Origin: an uncultured Acidobacteriota bacterium | GTDB lineage: Bacteria; Acidobacteriota; Terriglobia; Acidiferrales; UBA7541 | Assembly (NCBI GenBank): GCA_963745805.1 | Contig: CAVUYT010000018.1 | Span: 114,294 to 178,293 of the forward strand | Direction: 5' to 3' | Length of the DNA: 64,000 nt | In this document: positions 1-10,283 of the stretch, piece after piece | Position numbering within the stretch: position 1 is the stretch's first letter | How the letters are laid out: the number at the start of each line of letters is the position of its first letter | Notes under the pieces: generated by a model | Seen by the model: only the letters and a program-made list of their open reading frames with translations | Told to the model about the DNA's origin: nothing | Database searches by the model: none | Program-made: the position numbers and the translations under genes

Positions 1-1608
1 TGCGTCAACAACGCGGGTTTACTTCTTGCGCGTGGCCTCGCGCGTCAGCGTGAATTTGCTCTCCGCGCCACGCTCGGGGCCAGTCGCGGCACGCTGATTC
101 GTCAATCGCTCGCAGAGAGCCTGCTCCTGTCTCTCGCTGGCGGCGCCGCGGGAACTATGATCGGCATCTGGGGATCTAGCGTATTTGCCCTGTTTTGGAA
201 CGAGGACACTCTTCCGCGCCATACGGAAACATATCTCGATACTCGCGTACTTTTCTTCGTTCTAGGCGTTTCGATCACCACTGCTCTGCTGATGGGCATC
301 ATGCCAGCGCTTTTCTCCTCGCGCGTTAACATCAACGAGACTCTGCGCAAAGGCACGAGCGGCCTCTCCGCTGGCCGTGGCCAGCACAGAACTCGCAGCG
401 TTCTCGTGGCCGTGGAGGTTGGTCTGGCGCTCGTGCTTCTCTTCGGTGCCAGCCTTTTTCTTTCTAGCTTTATTCGCGAAGAGAACGCGCCCCGCGGATT
501 CGACGCTCCAGGAGCTCTAAAATTTCGCATTTCCCTCCGAGGCGAAAACTACAAACAACCGGAGCAGCAGTTGCGTTACTTCCGGAGCCTGAGGGATCAA
601 ATCCGGTCCCTTCCAAGCGTTCAGGACGTGACCATGGGGAGCGGTATTCCACTCGATGGATCGAATCTTTCCGCAGCCGTCAACGTAGCTGGCCGTCCAC
701 CTCGAAATGAGCACGGCACGGGCATCCTTGTCTACGCCGTCGAACCCAACTTCTTCGATGTGCTGCACATGCATCTTCTCGCCGGTCGAGCGCTTAACCG
801 TCGTGATACGGAAACTTCTCCTCGCGTCGCCATCATCAATCGCAACGGCGCACACACTCTGTTTGGCTCTGAAGATCCTCTGGGCAAAGTACTCCAATAC
901 GTAGCCGATGAACGCCGCGGTGTTCCAGCTGAAGCACCGGTTCAAATCGTTGGGGTAACGGAGAACACCCAGGAGTTTGGACCGAGCGAGATTCCCTTCG
1001 ACATTATATATGTTCCGTTCTCGCAGCATCCTGACCGCGACGCTAAAGTCGTTGTGTCATCGAATCTCCCTCGCGGAGCACTTGTCGGGGCGATTAGAAA
1101 CGTCGCTTATTCCCTCGATAGGGACCAGCCGATCTTTGGCGTGCAATCGGTCGACCAACTGATCAGCGAGTCTCTCCGCGGCTCGCGATTCGATCTCATC
1201 CTTGTCGGCTGTCTGGCTGCTGTCGCACTAGTCCTCGTCTCCGTCGGAATTTTCGGCACCGTCGCCTATTTCGTTCAACAACGCACCCAGGAATTTGGAG
1301 TCCGTCTCGCTCTGGGTGCCACGCCCGCCCACGTCTTGCGCCAGGCAATTGGCCGAGCGCTTGCCATGGGAATCATGGGGTTGGTCCTCGGTGTGGCCGT
1401 TGCTCTCGCCCTTGGCCGCGTCTTGGGCAGCGCTCTTTACCTTGTGCCGCACGAACATACGGGCATGCTCTATGGCGTCAAGATTTACGACGCGATCTCG
1501 ATGTCGCTCGCATGTGCGTTACTTCTGGCCGTTGTTTTTCTCGCAAGTTTCATTCCCGCTCGCCGCGCCATGCGCGTCGATCCCATGGTGGCATTGCGGT
1601 ATGAGTGA
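1..1608 (+). CDS. ADOP-type duplicated FtsX/MacB-like ABC-transporter permease (5' end outside window)
   Basis: Frame 1 is open from nt 1 (CVNNAGLLLARGLARQREFALRATLGASRGTLIRQSLAES, an FtsX loop motif) and runs into track ORF 157..1608. It has a second FtsX module (QRTQEFGVRLALGATPAHVLRQAIGRAL) and the family-typical C-terminus [18 protein letters not shown]. Confidence 0.85.
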   Translation, partial: CVNNAGLLLARGLARQREFALRATLGASRGTLIRQSLAESLLLSLAGGAAGTMIGIWGSSVFALFWNEDTLPRHTETYLDTRVLFFVLGVSITTALLMGIMPALFSSRVNINETLRKGTSGLSAGRGQHRTRSVLVAVEVGLALVLLFGASLFLSSFIREENAPRGFDAPGALKFRISLRGENYKQPEQQLRYFRSLRDQIRSLPSVQDVTMGSGIPLDGSNLSAAVNVAGRPPRNEHGTGILVYAVEPNFFDVLHMHLLAGRALNRRDTETSPRVAIINRNGAHTLFGSEDPLGKVLQYVADERRGVPAEAPVQIVGVTENTQEFGPSEIPFDIIYVPFSQHPDRDAKVVVSSNLPRGALVGAIRNVAYSLDRDQPIFGVQSVDQLISESLRGSRFDLILVGCLAAVALVLVSVGIFGTVAYFVQQRTQEFGVRLALGATPAHVLRQAIGRALAMGIMGLVLGVAVALALGRVLGSALYLVPHEHTGMLYGVKIYDAISMSLACALLLAVVFLASFIPARRAMRVDPMVALRYE

Positions 1609-1659
1609 ACTCCAGCGCCTCATGGCGGGACTATTGTTGGCGCTGGAACAGGCGTGATT

Positions 1660-4317
1660 ATGAGGTGGCTTCGCGCTCTGTTTTCAAAACTCGGCGAATT
1701 CTTCGCCAAGGAGCGCCGGGAAGACCAGTTTTCCGATGAACTGGATGCGCATCTTCAACTGCACATCGAGGACAACCTTCGCTCAGGGATGACACCGGAT
1801 CTCGCAAGAAAAGAGGCGCTTATGAAACTCGGCGGCCTGGAACAAACCAAACAAATGTACCGCGAACGCCGCGGTCTTCCCGTTCTGGAAGCCTTTCTTC
1901 AGGACCTGCGCTACGCCTTCCGCATGTTGCGCAAGAACCCAGGTTTCACTTGCATCGCTGTCCTCACTCTTGCCCTCGGCATCGGCGCAAACACCGCCAT
2001 TTTCAGCATGGTGAATGCTCTGCTCCTCCATCCCTACAACTTTCGCGAACTGGACCAGCTTGCAAGGGTTTGGGAGGATCGCGGCGTCGACGAGGGCATC
2101 GACGCAAGACGCATCTCCGCCCCCGACGCAGAAGAAGTGCGCGTCCACACACAAGTGTTCGAATCGCTGACGGATTATCGTTGCCGCGATTTCACTCTGA
2201 ATTCGGCAGGAGACATGCAGCCGGTTCGCGGCTGCGAAGTCTCCGCGAGTTTCTTTGAGGTGCTCGGCGTTAGCCCCGGACTCGGCCGGACTTTCAATTC
2301 CGCGGAAGAACAGCCTGGGGCGGATCAAGTTGCAGTCGTAAGCTACGGCTTCTGGCAGCGCCGCTTCGGTGGCGAGCCCGGGTTGCTGGGAAGTGTGATT
2401 CAGTTGAGCGGTCGTAAGTATAACGTCGTGGGAATCATGCCTCTCAGGTTTGACTATCCCGTGCCCACGGAGCTGTGGGTGCCTCTCGCTTTGACGCCCG
2501 CAGAAAAAGCGGATCGCTCGAAGCTCGCGCTGGGCGCGCTCGGGCGGCTCAAGCCGGGCATCAGCGTTTCCCAAGCGCAGGCGGCTCTCGATGGATTGTC
2601 CCGACGCCTTCAACAGGACTTCCCCGCAACAAACGCGAACAGGCGTGCAACTTTGTTGCTGCTCCGGAAGGAGCTCTACTCCTTCACGCTGCCTCTGCTT
2701 CTGCTGTTGCAAGCTGCGGCCATATTCGTCCTGCTACTTGCCTGCGCAAACCTTGCGAATCTTCTGCTGGCGCGAGTTCTTGGCCGGCAGAAGGAAGTCG
2801 CGGTCCGTGTCGCGTTAGGCGCGGACCGCTTGGGGCTTGCGCGGCTGTTTCTCACTGAAACGCTGTTGCTTTCTTCCTTAGCGGGTATCGCAGCCATTCT
2901 GGCGTCTTTCTGGAGCGTGAAGTTGCTCCGCACCAGCATTTCTCCTAGTTGGACCATGTGGGTTCCCGGCTGGGACCGCATTCAAGTAGACCGTACTGTT
3001 CTCTTCTTCACCGTGCTTGTGGCCGTATTTGTGGGAATTTTGTTTGGTCTCGTCGCGGTTCTGCATTCGCGGAGCGCCGAACCCTTTGCAACACTCAAGG
3101 AAGCAGGCCGCGGCCCCATGCTTGGACGGCAGGGAAAACTGCGCAGCGTGCTGGTCGTCGCGCAAGTGACGTTCGCGCTTGTCCTTCTCGTATGCGCGGG
3201 CCTGATCACCGATGCCTTCAAGCGGCTCGCGAACGTGTATCGAGGATTCCAACCTGCCAATGTTTTAAGAGTCGAGATAAATTTACCGAAGCAGCCCTAC
3301 GCGGACCGAGCGGAGTGTTTGAGTTTCTACGAGCGGTTGCTTCGCGGCGCGGCAGCGCTGCCTGGTGTGAGTGCGGCGTCGCTTGTCACCAATAGCCCGG
3401 CAAGCAACGTGGACAACGAAACGACACCCTTTACGATCGAAGGCCGTCCAGCCCTGAAAGCCACTGATGCACCCTCGGCAGAGCTGCAAATTTCCAGTCC
3501 CGATTATTTTCAGGAGTTGCATATCCCCTTGGTCGCCGGCCGCGTGTACTCCGAGTCAGACAATGTGAACTCTGCCCGCGTCGCGGTCATCACACGAAGC
3601 ATGGCCAAGCTATTCTGGCCGCGCGGCGACGCCCTCGGTCAACACATCAAACTCGGTGCGCCCGATTCCTCCGAGCCGTGGATGACAGTCATCGGTGTCG
3701 TTGAAGATGTGCGTCAGAACTGGTGGAATCCGGCCGCGCGCCCCACGATCTACGAGCCGTTTCTCCAGGCCCCGCGACCCTCGCTGGTTTTTTTGCTGCG
3801 GGGCAACACGATTCCGCAGAGCTATGTCCCCGGTGTCCGCGAAGTAGTTCGTCAGATCGATGATCAAATCGCGTTAACGGGCGTCAGCACGCTTGAGAGT
3901 GAAATTACGGATTCGGTAGCTATCATACGCATTATGGGCGCGCTGATGACCCTGTTTGGATTCGTGGCCCTGGCACTCGCTTCCTTGGGAGTCTATGGCG
4001 TCCTCGCAGAGAGCGTCGCACGCCGCGTACCGGAGATCGGCATTCGGCTGGCGCTCGGCGCAGAGCCCCGCGACGTCATGAAACTTGTCCTCGGGCAGGC
4101 CCTGAAACTCACGGGAATCGGCCTGGCCATTGGAGTCCCCATGGCCTTCGCGGTGAATCGCGCGATGGCTAGTCTTATTTTCGGCATTGTGAGCGTTAAT
4201 ATTTTGCTTCTCGCGGAGTTTACAGCTCTTCTCATCCTTGCCGCCCTGGTAGCAGCGTACATCCCGGCGCGCCGCGCCATGCGCGTCGACCCGATGATAG
4301 CTTTGCGCTATGAATAG
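1660..4317 (+). CDS. ADOP-type duplicated FtsX/MacB-like permease
   Basis: Track ORF 1654..4317 (GTG 1654; in-frame ATG 1660 preferred, giving MRWLRALF). Helical N-terminal prefix, [10 protein letters not shown] followed by TM1, and two periplasmic regions each followed by an FtsX module (ANLANLLLARVLGRQKEVAVRVALGA; [22 protein letters not shown]). C-terminus [18 protein letters not shown]. Confidence 0.9.
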   Translation: MRWLRALFSKLGEFFAKERREDQFSDELDAHLQLHIEDNLRSGMTPDLARKEALMKLGGLEQTKQMYRERRGLPVLEAFLQDLRYAFRMLRKNPGFTCIAVLTLALGIGANTAIFSMVNALLLHPYNFRELDQLARVWEDRGVDEGIDARRISAPDAEEVRVHTQVFESLTDYRCRDFTLNSAGDMQPVRGCEVSASFFEVLGVSPGLGRTFNSAEEQPGADQVAVVSYGFWQRRFGGEPGLLGSVIQLSGRKYNVVGIMPLRFDYPVPTELWVPLALTPAEKADRSKLALGALGRLKPGISVSQAQAALDGLSRRLQQDFPATNANRRATLLLLRKELYSFTLPLLLLLQAAAIFVLLLACANLANLLLARVLGRQKEVAVRVALGADRLGLARLFLTETLLLSSLAGIAAILASFWSVKLLRTSISPSWTMWVPGWDRIQVDRTVLFFTVLVAVFVGILFGLVAVLHSRSAEPFATLKEAGRGPMLGRQGKLRSVLVVAQVTFALVLLVCAGLITDAFKRLANVYRGFQPANVLRVEINLPKQPYADRAECLSFYERLLRGAAALPGVSAASLVTNSPASNVDNETTPFTIEGRPALKATDAPSAELQISSPDYFQELHIPLVAGRVYSESDNVNSARVAVITRSMAKLFWPRGDALGQHIKLGAPDSSEPWMTVIGVVEDVRQNWWNPAARPTIYEPFLQAPRPSLVFLLRGNTIPQSYVPGVREVVRQIDDQIALTGVSTLESEITDSVAIIRIMGALMTLFGFVALALASLGVYGVLAESVARRVPEIGIRLALGAEPRDVMKLVLGQALKLTGIGLAIGVPMAFAVNRAMASLIFGIVSVNILLLAEFTALLILAALVAAYIPARRAMRVDPMIALRYE

Positions 4318-4376
4318 CCAGTCGTCTCACACATAGATTCGAACTTCTCACTCCACGTGTCCTCCCGAAATATCTC

Positions 4377-4405
4377 TTGACGGCAGGACTGAACGATACT
4401 ATTTT
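4377..4405 (+). promoter_or_regulatory. candidate sigma70-type promoter of the padR-ADOP unit
   Basis: TTGACG (4377-4382), 17-nt spacer, TATTTT (4400-4405), about 50 nt upstream of the PadR ATG in an AT-richer intergenic stretch. Pattern match only. Confidence 0.3.
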
Positions 4406-4454
4406 AGTCTATGCCTTGTAACGAATAGCCTTATTGCACGCTCTGGAGTGCACC

Positions 4455-4796
4455 ATGAAAAACTCCCAACAAAGAGACCTCTTCCCCGGCGCTCTGGAGA
4501 TGATGATTCTCCGAACCCTGAAGCGACAGCCCCTTCACGGTTACGCGCTTGTTCAGCACATCAAGCGAAACTCCAACGATCTCCTCCAAATCGAAGAAGG
4601 CTCGCTTTATCCCGCACTCCAGCGTCTCCTCAAAGAGGATCTGGTGAAAGCCGAGTGGGGCATCTCTTCCACAAACCGCCGCGTTCGAATTTACAAACTG
4701 ACAGCCGCTGGCTCAAAACATTTGGAGCACGAGGTATCGCGTTTCGAAAAGATGCTCGAAGGAATTACCCGCGTCCTGGCGCCAGGTGAATCATGA
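4455..4796 (+). CDS. PadR-family winged-HTH transcriptional regulator
   Basis: LHGYALVQHI..IEEGSLYPALQRLLKEDLVKAEWG..RRVRIYKLTAAGSKHLE is a textbook PadR signature. ATG 4455 (MKNSQQRD) is preferred over the alternative start at 4434. The stop overlaps the next gene's start (ATGA, 4793-4796). Confidence 0.9.
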   Translation: MKNSQQRDLFPGALEMMILRTLKRQPLHGYALVQHIKRNSNDLLQIEEGSLYPALQRLLKEDLVKAEWGISSTNRRVRIYKLTAAGSKHLEHEVSRFEKMLEGITRVLAPGES

Positions 4797-7438
4797 ACTG
4801 GCTCAAGCAGCTGATTTCTCGCCGAAATCTACAAAGCGAACTCTCCGAAGAGATTCGCGAACACCTTGAGGAGAAAATCGAGGGATTCGTCGCCACCGGC
4901 ATGTCCAGAAAAGAGGCCGCCGCCGCCGCCCGCCGCGAATTTGGAAATATAACTTTGATTGAAGAAGACAGCCGCGAAGTTTGGCGCTGGCCCTCGATCG
5001 AGAGCTTCCTCGCAGACCTACGCTATGGCTTGCGCACACTGCGCAAGAATCCTGGCTTCACCGCCGTCGCCGTCCTTACATTGGCGCTGGGCATCGCCGT
5101 GAACGCCACCATGTTTAGTCTCGTGAGCGCCTTCCTGCTGCGCCGTCCTCCGGGTCGCGACCCAGACAATGTGGCCGTCGTTACTTCGCTCAATCCGGCG
5201 CAAGGCTTCCTCTCCGACGCGAATCCTGTCTCCGCGCCCAACTTCATCGCCTGGCGAGAGGCAAATCACGTGTTCGCGGACATGGCCGCTGCGGATGAAT
5301 ATCGGACTGTTAGTTTGACGCCGCAGGGAAAACCGCAAGCACTTCGCTCTGCCGCGGTTTCCCCCAACTATTTCAGCGTGCTCGGCGTTTCCCCCGAGCT
5401 CGGCCGCGCGTTTTCTGACGGAGAAGACCAGCCGGGGCGCGACCGCATCGTTATTCTCAGCCACGATCTCTGGGAGCGCCAGTTCGGCTCCGACGCTTCG
5501 CTCATCGGCCGCAACATCCGGCTAAACCGCGAAAACTACACCGTCGTTGGTGTGATGCCTGAGAGTTTCCACCTGCTGGGCTTCACACCGCAATTGTGGA
5601 CTCCGCTGGTGTTGACCGCCGCAGATCGAATCGCAGCCGCGCGCAAGGACCGCACTTTGTATCTATTCGCGCGGATAAAGCCCGCCGTAACCATCGAGCA
5701 AGCGCGCGCGGAGCTGAGCACACTCGCCCGCCGCGCCGAGGAGACTTTTCCCGAGACGGAAAAAGGCTGGGGCGCGGCAGTGCGCACACTCCCCGATTTC
5801 CTGATCTACTCTTTCGGTATTCGCAGCGCCTTGGTTATCTTGATGACCACGGTAGGGTTTGTTCTGATGATCGCCTGCGCCAATGTGGCCGGGCTGCTCT
5901 TGGCGCGCGCCGCGGGTCGCAGAAAGGAGTTGGCCATCCGCATCTCTCTCGGAGCCGGCCGCCTGCGCATTATTCGCCAATTGTTGACCGAAAACCTGGT
6001 GATTGCGTTTCTCGGCGGAGGTGCGGGTCTTTTGCTTGCGTATTGGGGCATTGAACTTGTTCGGCCAATGATGACTTTCAACGAAGCAATCAGCGCCGTG
6101 CCATTGAGCCTCGACCGCAACGTTCTGCTCTTCGCCTTGAGTGTCTCGCTGGTTTGCGCGGTGCTTTGCGGCCTTGCGCCGGCGCTGACCGCTTCGCGGA
6201 CGGACATCAACACAAGTCTGAAAAACGAAAGCCGCGCGGCTTCGCAGAGCAGTTCGCATAGCCGTCTCCGGACTGTGATGGTCACCGGCGAGATCGCGCT
6301 GGCGCTGTTTCTCCTGATCGGAACCGGGCTGCTGGTGCGCGGGATTTTCCTAATTGAGCATCAGAATCTCGGCTTCCGCTCGGACCATCTCCTCACCGCC
6401 AACGTGACCCTGGACGAGGCTCGCTACAAGGATGCCGCTCAACAGATCCTGTTCGTCCGCAATCTGCTTCCCCGCCTGGAACACATTCCGGGTTCCGAGG
6501 CAGTCGCCGCTGCTTCCGACTTGCCCGCATCCGGACTGGCCAGCGTCACTCTCCAAATCAAGGGCCATCCTGATTTGCGTGACAATCAGCGGCTCCAAAC
6601 ACGCGACGTGGTCGTGTCGGTCGATTACTTTCGAGCGGCGGGCATCCCATTGCTTCACGGCCGAACATTCACTGATATGGATAATGCCACGGCCCCGCGC
6701 GTGGTCCTCGTTAACCAGGAATTTGCGCACCGCCATCTGAATGATCAAGAACCGCTAGGTCAGCAGATTCGCCTGGATGTGAGCGGCGCGCCGCCGGAGT
6801 GGAGTGAGATCGTCGGAGTCGTCAGCAACGTGAAGGCCTATTCCGAAGAAACTCGCGACGACCCCGAAGTCTACGAAGCCTTGCTGCAGCGGCCCGTGAG
6901 TTCTTTCTCGCTCATGATTCGGACGGACTCTGATCCGGGCAGTCTTTCCTCTGCACTGCGCAATGAGGTTAAGCAAGTGGATGCCGAGCTTCCACTGAAT
7001 CGGGTAATGAGCATGCCCGCCGTGATCGAGCGGCAGAAAGCGGGCAATCCATTATTCGTGCGGATACTGGGAAGCTTCGCCATTTTGGCGCTGATTCTCT
7101 CGGCGATTGGAATTTACGGGCTTGTTGCCTACTCGGTGGGCCAGCGAAAGCACGAAATCGGGATCCGCATGGCTCTTGGGGCCGGAACGCCCGACGTGAT
7201 GCGCATGGTCTTGCGAGAAGGCCTGAAAATGGCTGCGATCGGAGGGGCTATCGGACTCGCGTTGTCGCTCCCGCTGCCAAAACTGTTCGACGGAATATTA
7301 TATGGCGTTCACTTTCGCGAGCCGTGGCTCTATTTCATCGTCCCGCTCGCCATTCTCATAGTGACCATGTTCGCGACATACATTCCCGCACGGCGTGCCG
7401 CGCGCGTGGATCCCATTTCGGCCTTGCATCAGGAGTGA
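4793..7438 (+). CDS. ADOP-type duplicated FtsX/MacB-like permease (MNWLKQL subtype)
   Basis: 881 aa. Prefix [35 protein letters not shown], then [10 protein letters not shown] and TM1. Two FtsX modules (ANVAGLLLARAAGRRKELAIRISLGAGRLRIIRQLLTEN; SVGQRKHEIGIRMALGAGTPDV). C-terminus IPARRAARVDPISALHQE*. Translationally coupled to padR. Confidence 0.9.
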   Translation: MNWLKQLISRRNLQSELSEEIREHLEEKIEGFVATGMSRKEAAAAARREFGNITLIEEDSREVWRWPSIESFLADLRYGLRTLRKNPGFTAVAVLTLALGIAVNATMFSLVSAFLLRRPPGRDPDNVAVVTSLNPAQGFLSDANPVSAPNFIAWREANHVFADMAAADEYRTVSLTPQGKPQALRSAAVSPNYFSVLGVSPELGRAFSDGEDQPGRDRIVILSHDLWERQFGSDASLIGRNIRLNRENYTVVGVMPESFHLLGFTPQLWTPLVLTAADRIAAARKDRTLYLFARIKPAVTIEQARAELSTLARRAEETFPETEKGWGAAVRTLPDFLIYSFGIRSALVILMTTVGFVLMIACANVAGLLLARAAGRRKELAIRISLGAGRLRIIRQLLTENLVIAFLGGGAGLLLAYWGIELVRPMMTFNEAISAVPLSLDRNVLLFALSVSLVCAVLCGLAPALTASRTDINTSLKNESRAASQSSSHSRLRTVMVTGEIALALFLLIGTGLLVRGIFLIEHQNLGFRSDHLLTANVTLDEARYKDAAQQILFVRNLLPRLEHIPGSEAVAAASDLPASGLASVTLQIKGHPDLRDNQRLQTRDVVVSVDYFRAAGIPLLHGRTFTDMDNATAPRVVLVNQEFAHRHLNDQEPLGQQIRLDVSGAPPEWSEIVGVVSNVKAYSEETRDDPEVYEALLQRPVSSFSLMIRTDSDPGSLSSALRNEVKQVDAELPLNRVMSMPAVIERQKAGNPLFVRILGSFAILALILSAIGIYGLVAYSVGQRKHEIGIRMALGAGTPDVMRMVLREGLKMAAIGGAIGLALSLPLPKLFDGILYGVHFREPWLYFIVPLAILIVTMFATYIPARRAARVDPISALHQE

Positions 7439-7524
7439 TGCATTGTGATGGAAATGACGCCTCGAGACGGCCAGCGATAGCCAGGAGCTCCTCATAACCG
7501 CCTTGCGGTGCTAGTGACTGCGCG

Positions 7525-7575
7525 GAAGAAATGTTCGAAAGCGTTACATTCGTCTTAGCGGCGGGTGAATCATGA
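7525..7575 (+). pseudogene. relic of a PadR 3' end (last 16 codons plus stop), fused to the next ADOP start as in the intact padR-ADOP junction
   Basis: Codon-by-codon alignment of 7525-7575 to the intact padR 3' end at 4746-4796 gives 38/51 nt and 10/16 aa identical ([16 protein letters not shown] vs EKMLEGITRVLAPGES*). Both end in GGTGAATCATGA overlapping the ADOP ATG. The relic frame is closed by TAA at 7495-7497, so most of the gene is gone. Confidence 0.7.
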
Positions 7576-10208
7576 AAACCATGAACTGGCTCAAACAACT
7601 ATTCTCTCGTCGCCGCCTCTACGGCGATCTCTCCTCCGACATTCACGAGCATCTCGAAGAAAAAATCGAGGAACTCGTCTCCAGCGGCATGTCCAGAAAA
7701 GAAGCCACCGCCGCCGCTCGCCGCCAATTCGGCAATGTCACGCTGATCGAAGACGAGGGCCGCGAAGTCTGGCACTGGCCCTCACTCGAGGATCTCCTCC
7801 TGGACGTCCGCTACTCCCTGCGCACGCTCCGCAAAAATCCCGGCTTCACATGCGTTACCGTTCTCACCCTCTCGCTCGGAATCGGCGCCAACACCGCCAT
7901 CTTTTCCGTAGTGAACGGCGTCCTTCTGAAACCGCTCCCCTACCCTCACTCCGACCGCCTCGTGGGCATCTTTCTTCACGGCGGAGGACAAGACCGCGGC
8001 GTAATGGGCAACGCCGATTTTCAGGCTCTCGATCAACGCCAGCAATCCTTCGAGCACGTTGCCGCCTTTTCATCATCCAGGCTTGGATTTACGCTGACTG
8101 GCTTCGGCGCTCCACAGATGATTCCCGGAACATCCGCCACTGCCGATTTTTTCTCGGTGCTGGGCGTCAAACCAGTCCTCGGCCGCGCGTTTCTTCCAGA
8201 CGAAGGAAAACCCGGTGGCCCTCTCGCCGTCGTCGTAAGTCATCATTTCTGGGAAGAGTTTCTTCACGCTGAGCCTGCCGCCGTCGGCCGCTCCCTTTTG
8301 CTCGACGGCAGGAACTACTCCGTCATCGGCGTTATGCCACTCGATTTTCAATTCGGTCCTCACAGCGATTTGTGGCCTGTGCTCCAGCTTCAACCTGCGC
8401 ATGAACGGCCCCCGTATTGGCTCGTTTCCATCGGCCGCTTAAAGCCAGGAATCTCCGTAGCGCAGGCCTCCGCCGAGGCCACGCGCATCGCCAGACAAGT
8501 CCGCGAGCAGTTTCCGCTTTCAGATGATACTGACGCGATCGCCGTTCCCCTGAAAGAGCTTTTCGTCGGAGACGTAAGCAACGGATTGCTGATTCTTCTC
8601 GGTGCCGTCGGATTCGTCCTGCTCATCGCCATCGTCAACGTAGCCAACTTGCAGCTCTCGCGTGCTGGCATGCGGGCTCGTGAAATGGCCGTTCGCACGG
8701 CGCTCGGGGCCGGCCGCGCCCGCCTGGTCACTCAGCTTCTTACGGAAAGTCTGACTCTCGCGATACTCGGAAGCGGCCTGGGTCTCGCTGTCGCCTACTA
8801 CGGCGTCCGCGCCATGCTCGTATTCGCTCCAGACGTTCTTCCACGCATGGAAGGCGTCAGCGTGGATGGCCGAGTTCTTCTCTTCACCGCTGTCGTCGCC
8901 ATCGTCACTGGTCTGCTTTTCGGTCTCGTTCCCGCTCTGCGTGTCTCCCGTTCGTCGCCTGGTGATTCCTTGAAGAGCGGGAGCCGCACTCTCTCATCTA
9001 GCCCTGCCACGCGCCGCGCGCACAGCGCTCTCGTAGTCGCAGAATTCGCATTGGCTCTCGTCGTCTTAACGGGAGCTGGCCTTCTTATTCGAACGCTCTT
9101 CGAACTCCAGTCGGTCAGTCCAGGCTTTAACTCCGCGCATATTCTCACCGCGCTTATTTCACTTCCCGACGAACGATACGGGAAGGCCCAGCAAGTCGTC
9201 TCATTTTATGAGCAGCTTCTGGAACATCTCAAATCTTCTCCAGGAATCGAAAACGCCGCCATTTCTCTCAGCTTGCCGCCCAACCTTTTGGAACTGACGA
9301 ATCCATTTCACATCGAAGGCCACCCCGACGCTCCCGGAGAACCCGCTCCGGCCGTCCCGGAAATTCCCATCAGCGACGGTTACTTCAGCACGCTGGGCGT
9401 TCCACTTCTTCGCGGGCGATATTTCTCCGAAGCGGACCGCGCGGCTGGCACGCACGTCTTGATCATCAACCAAAACATGGCCCAGCGTTATTTTCCACAG
9501 CAGGATCCTATCGGGAAAAGAGTTCAGACGGGAGAAGCCAATCCCAAGGCGGACTGGGACACCATCGTCGGTGTCGTTGGCAATGTGAAGTACGAAGGGC
9601 TCGGCGAAAAGGACCAGGCAACGATGTACGTTCCCTATTTTGATTCCGGCTGGTGCCCCTGGTTCGTCCGTTCGCTCTATATCGTTGTCCGCACTACCGC
9701 GATGACCGAGCAATCAGCCTCGACTCTTCAATCCGCCGTTTGGTCCCTGGACAACCAACTCCCCCTCGCCCGCGTCCGCACCATGGACCAATTGCTGTAT
9801 GACTCCGTCGCTGGCTCGCGCTTTCGTGCCGCGTTATTTGGCTCCTTTGCTGCCCTGGGTCTGGTTTTGGCCATGATCGGCATCTACGGGGTCATGGCTT
9901 ACTCGGTCAGTCAGCGCACCAATGAAATCGGCATCCGCGTAGCTCTGGGCGCGCAGAAAAAAACCATTCTGCGAATGATCCTGCGCCAGGGCGCCACCCT
10001 GGCGCTCCTCGGCATTGTCATCGGTCTCACAGCCTCGTTCGCGCTATCGCGTCTGCTTACTGGTTTGCTTTTCGGCGTCCATGCGGGCGACCCGCTTACC
10101 TTTGCTGGCGTCGCAGCCCTCGTCCTGGGTGTAGGCATGGCTGCGTGCTACATCCCCGCTCGCCGCGCCACACGTGTCGATCCCATCGTGGCGCTGAGGT
10201 ACGAGTGA
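7572..10208 (+). CDS. ADOP-type duplicated FtsX/MacB-like permease (MNWLKQL subtype)
   Basis: 878 aa. Starts [11 protein letters not shown] (a 9-nt insertion relative to paralogs; 7581 is an alternative start). Prefix [35 protein letters not shown]. FtsX modules [39 protein letters not shown] and [23 protein letters not shown]-terminus [18 protein letters not shown]. Confidence 0.9.
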   Translation: MKTMNWLKQLFSRRRLYGDLSSDIHEHLEEKIEELVSSGMSRKEATAAARRQFGNVTLIEDEGREVWHWPSLEDLLLDVRYSLRTLRKNPGFTCVTVLTLSLGIGANTAIFSVVNGVLLKPLPYPHSDRLVGIFLHGGGQDRGVMGNADFQALDQRQQSFEHVAAFSSSRLGFTLTGFGAPQMIPGTSATADFFSVLGVKPVLGRAFLPDEGKPGGPLAVVVSHHFWEEFLHAEPAAVGRSLLLDGRNYSVIGVMPLDFQFGPHSDLWPVLQLQPAHERPPYWLVSIGRLKPGISVAQASAEATRIARQVREQFPLSDDTDAIAVPLKELFVGDVSNGLLILLGAVGFVLLIAIVNVANLQLSRAGMRAREMAVRTALGAGRARLVTQLLTESLTLAILGSGLGLAVAYYGVRAMLVFAPDVLPRMEGVSVDGRVLLFTAVVAIVTGLLFGLVPALRVSRSSPGDSLKSGSRTLSSSPATRRAHSALVVAEFALALVVLTGAGLLIRTLFELQSVSPGFNSAHILTALISLPDERYGKAQQVVSFYEQLLEHLKSSPGIENAAISLSLPPNLLELTNPFHIEGHPDAPGEPAPAVPEIPISDGYFSTLGVPLLRGRYFSEADRAAGTHVLIINQNMAQRYFPQQDPIGKRVQTGEANPKADWDTIVGVVGNVKYEGLGEKDQATMYVPYFDSGWCPWFVRSLYIVVRTTAMTEQSASTLQSAVWSLDNQLPLARVRTMDQLLYDSVAGSRFRAALFGSFAALGLVLAMIGIYGVMAYSVSQRTNEIGIRVALGAQKKTILRMILRQGATLALLGIVIGLTASFALSRLLTGLLFGVHAGDPLTFAGVAALVLGVGMAACYIPARRATRVDPIVALRYE

Positions 10209-10283
10209 TAGGTCTCATGCTTATGCGGACAGCCCTGGGCAAACGTTTTAAGGCGTCACACACTTGGTAGCCGAAGGCGAATC

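Noticed and set aside
1609-1659. Possible third PadR relic between the first two ADOP genes (CTGGAACAGGCGTGATTATG vs CTGGCGCCAGGTGAATCATG)
   Set aside because: Only about 20 nt are comparable, giving 11/20 identity ungapped. This is too short and too weak to distinguish from chance or from a shared RBS/start context.
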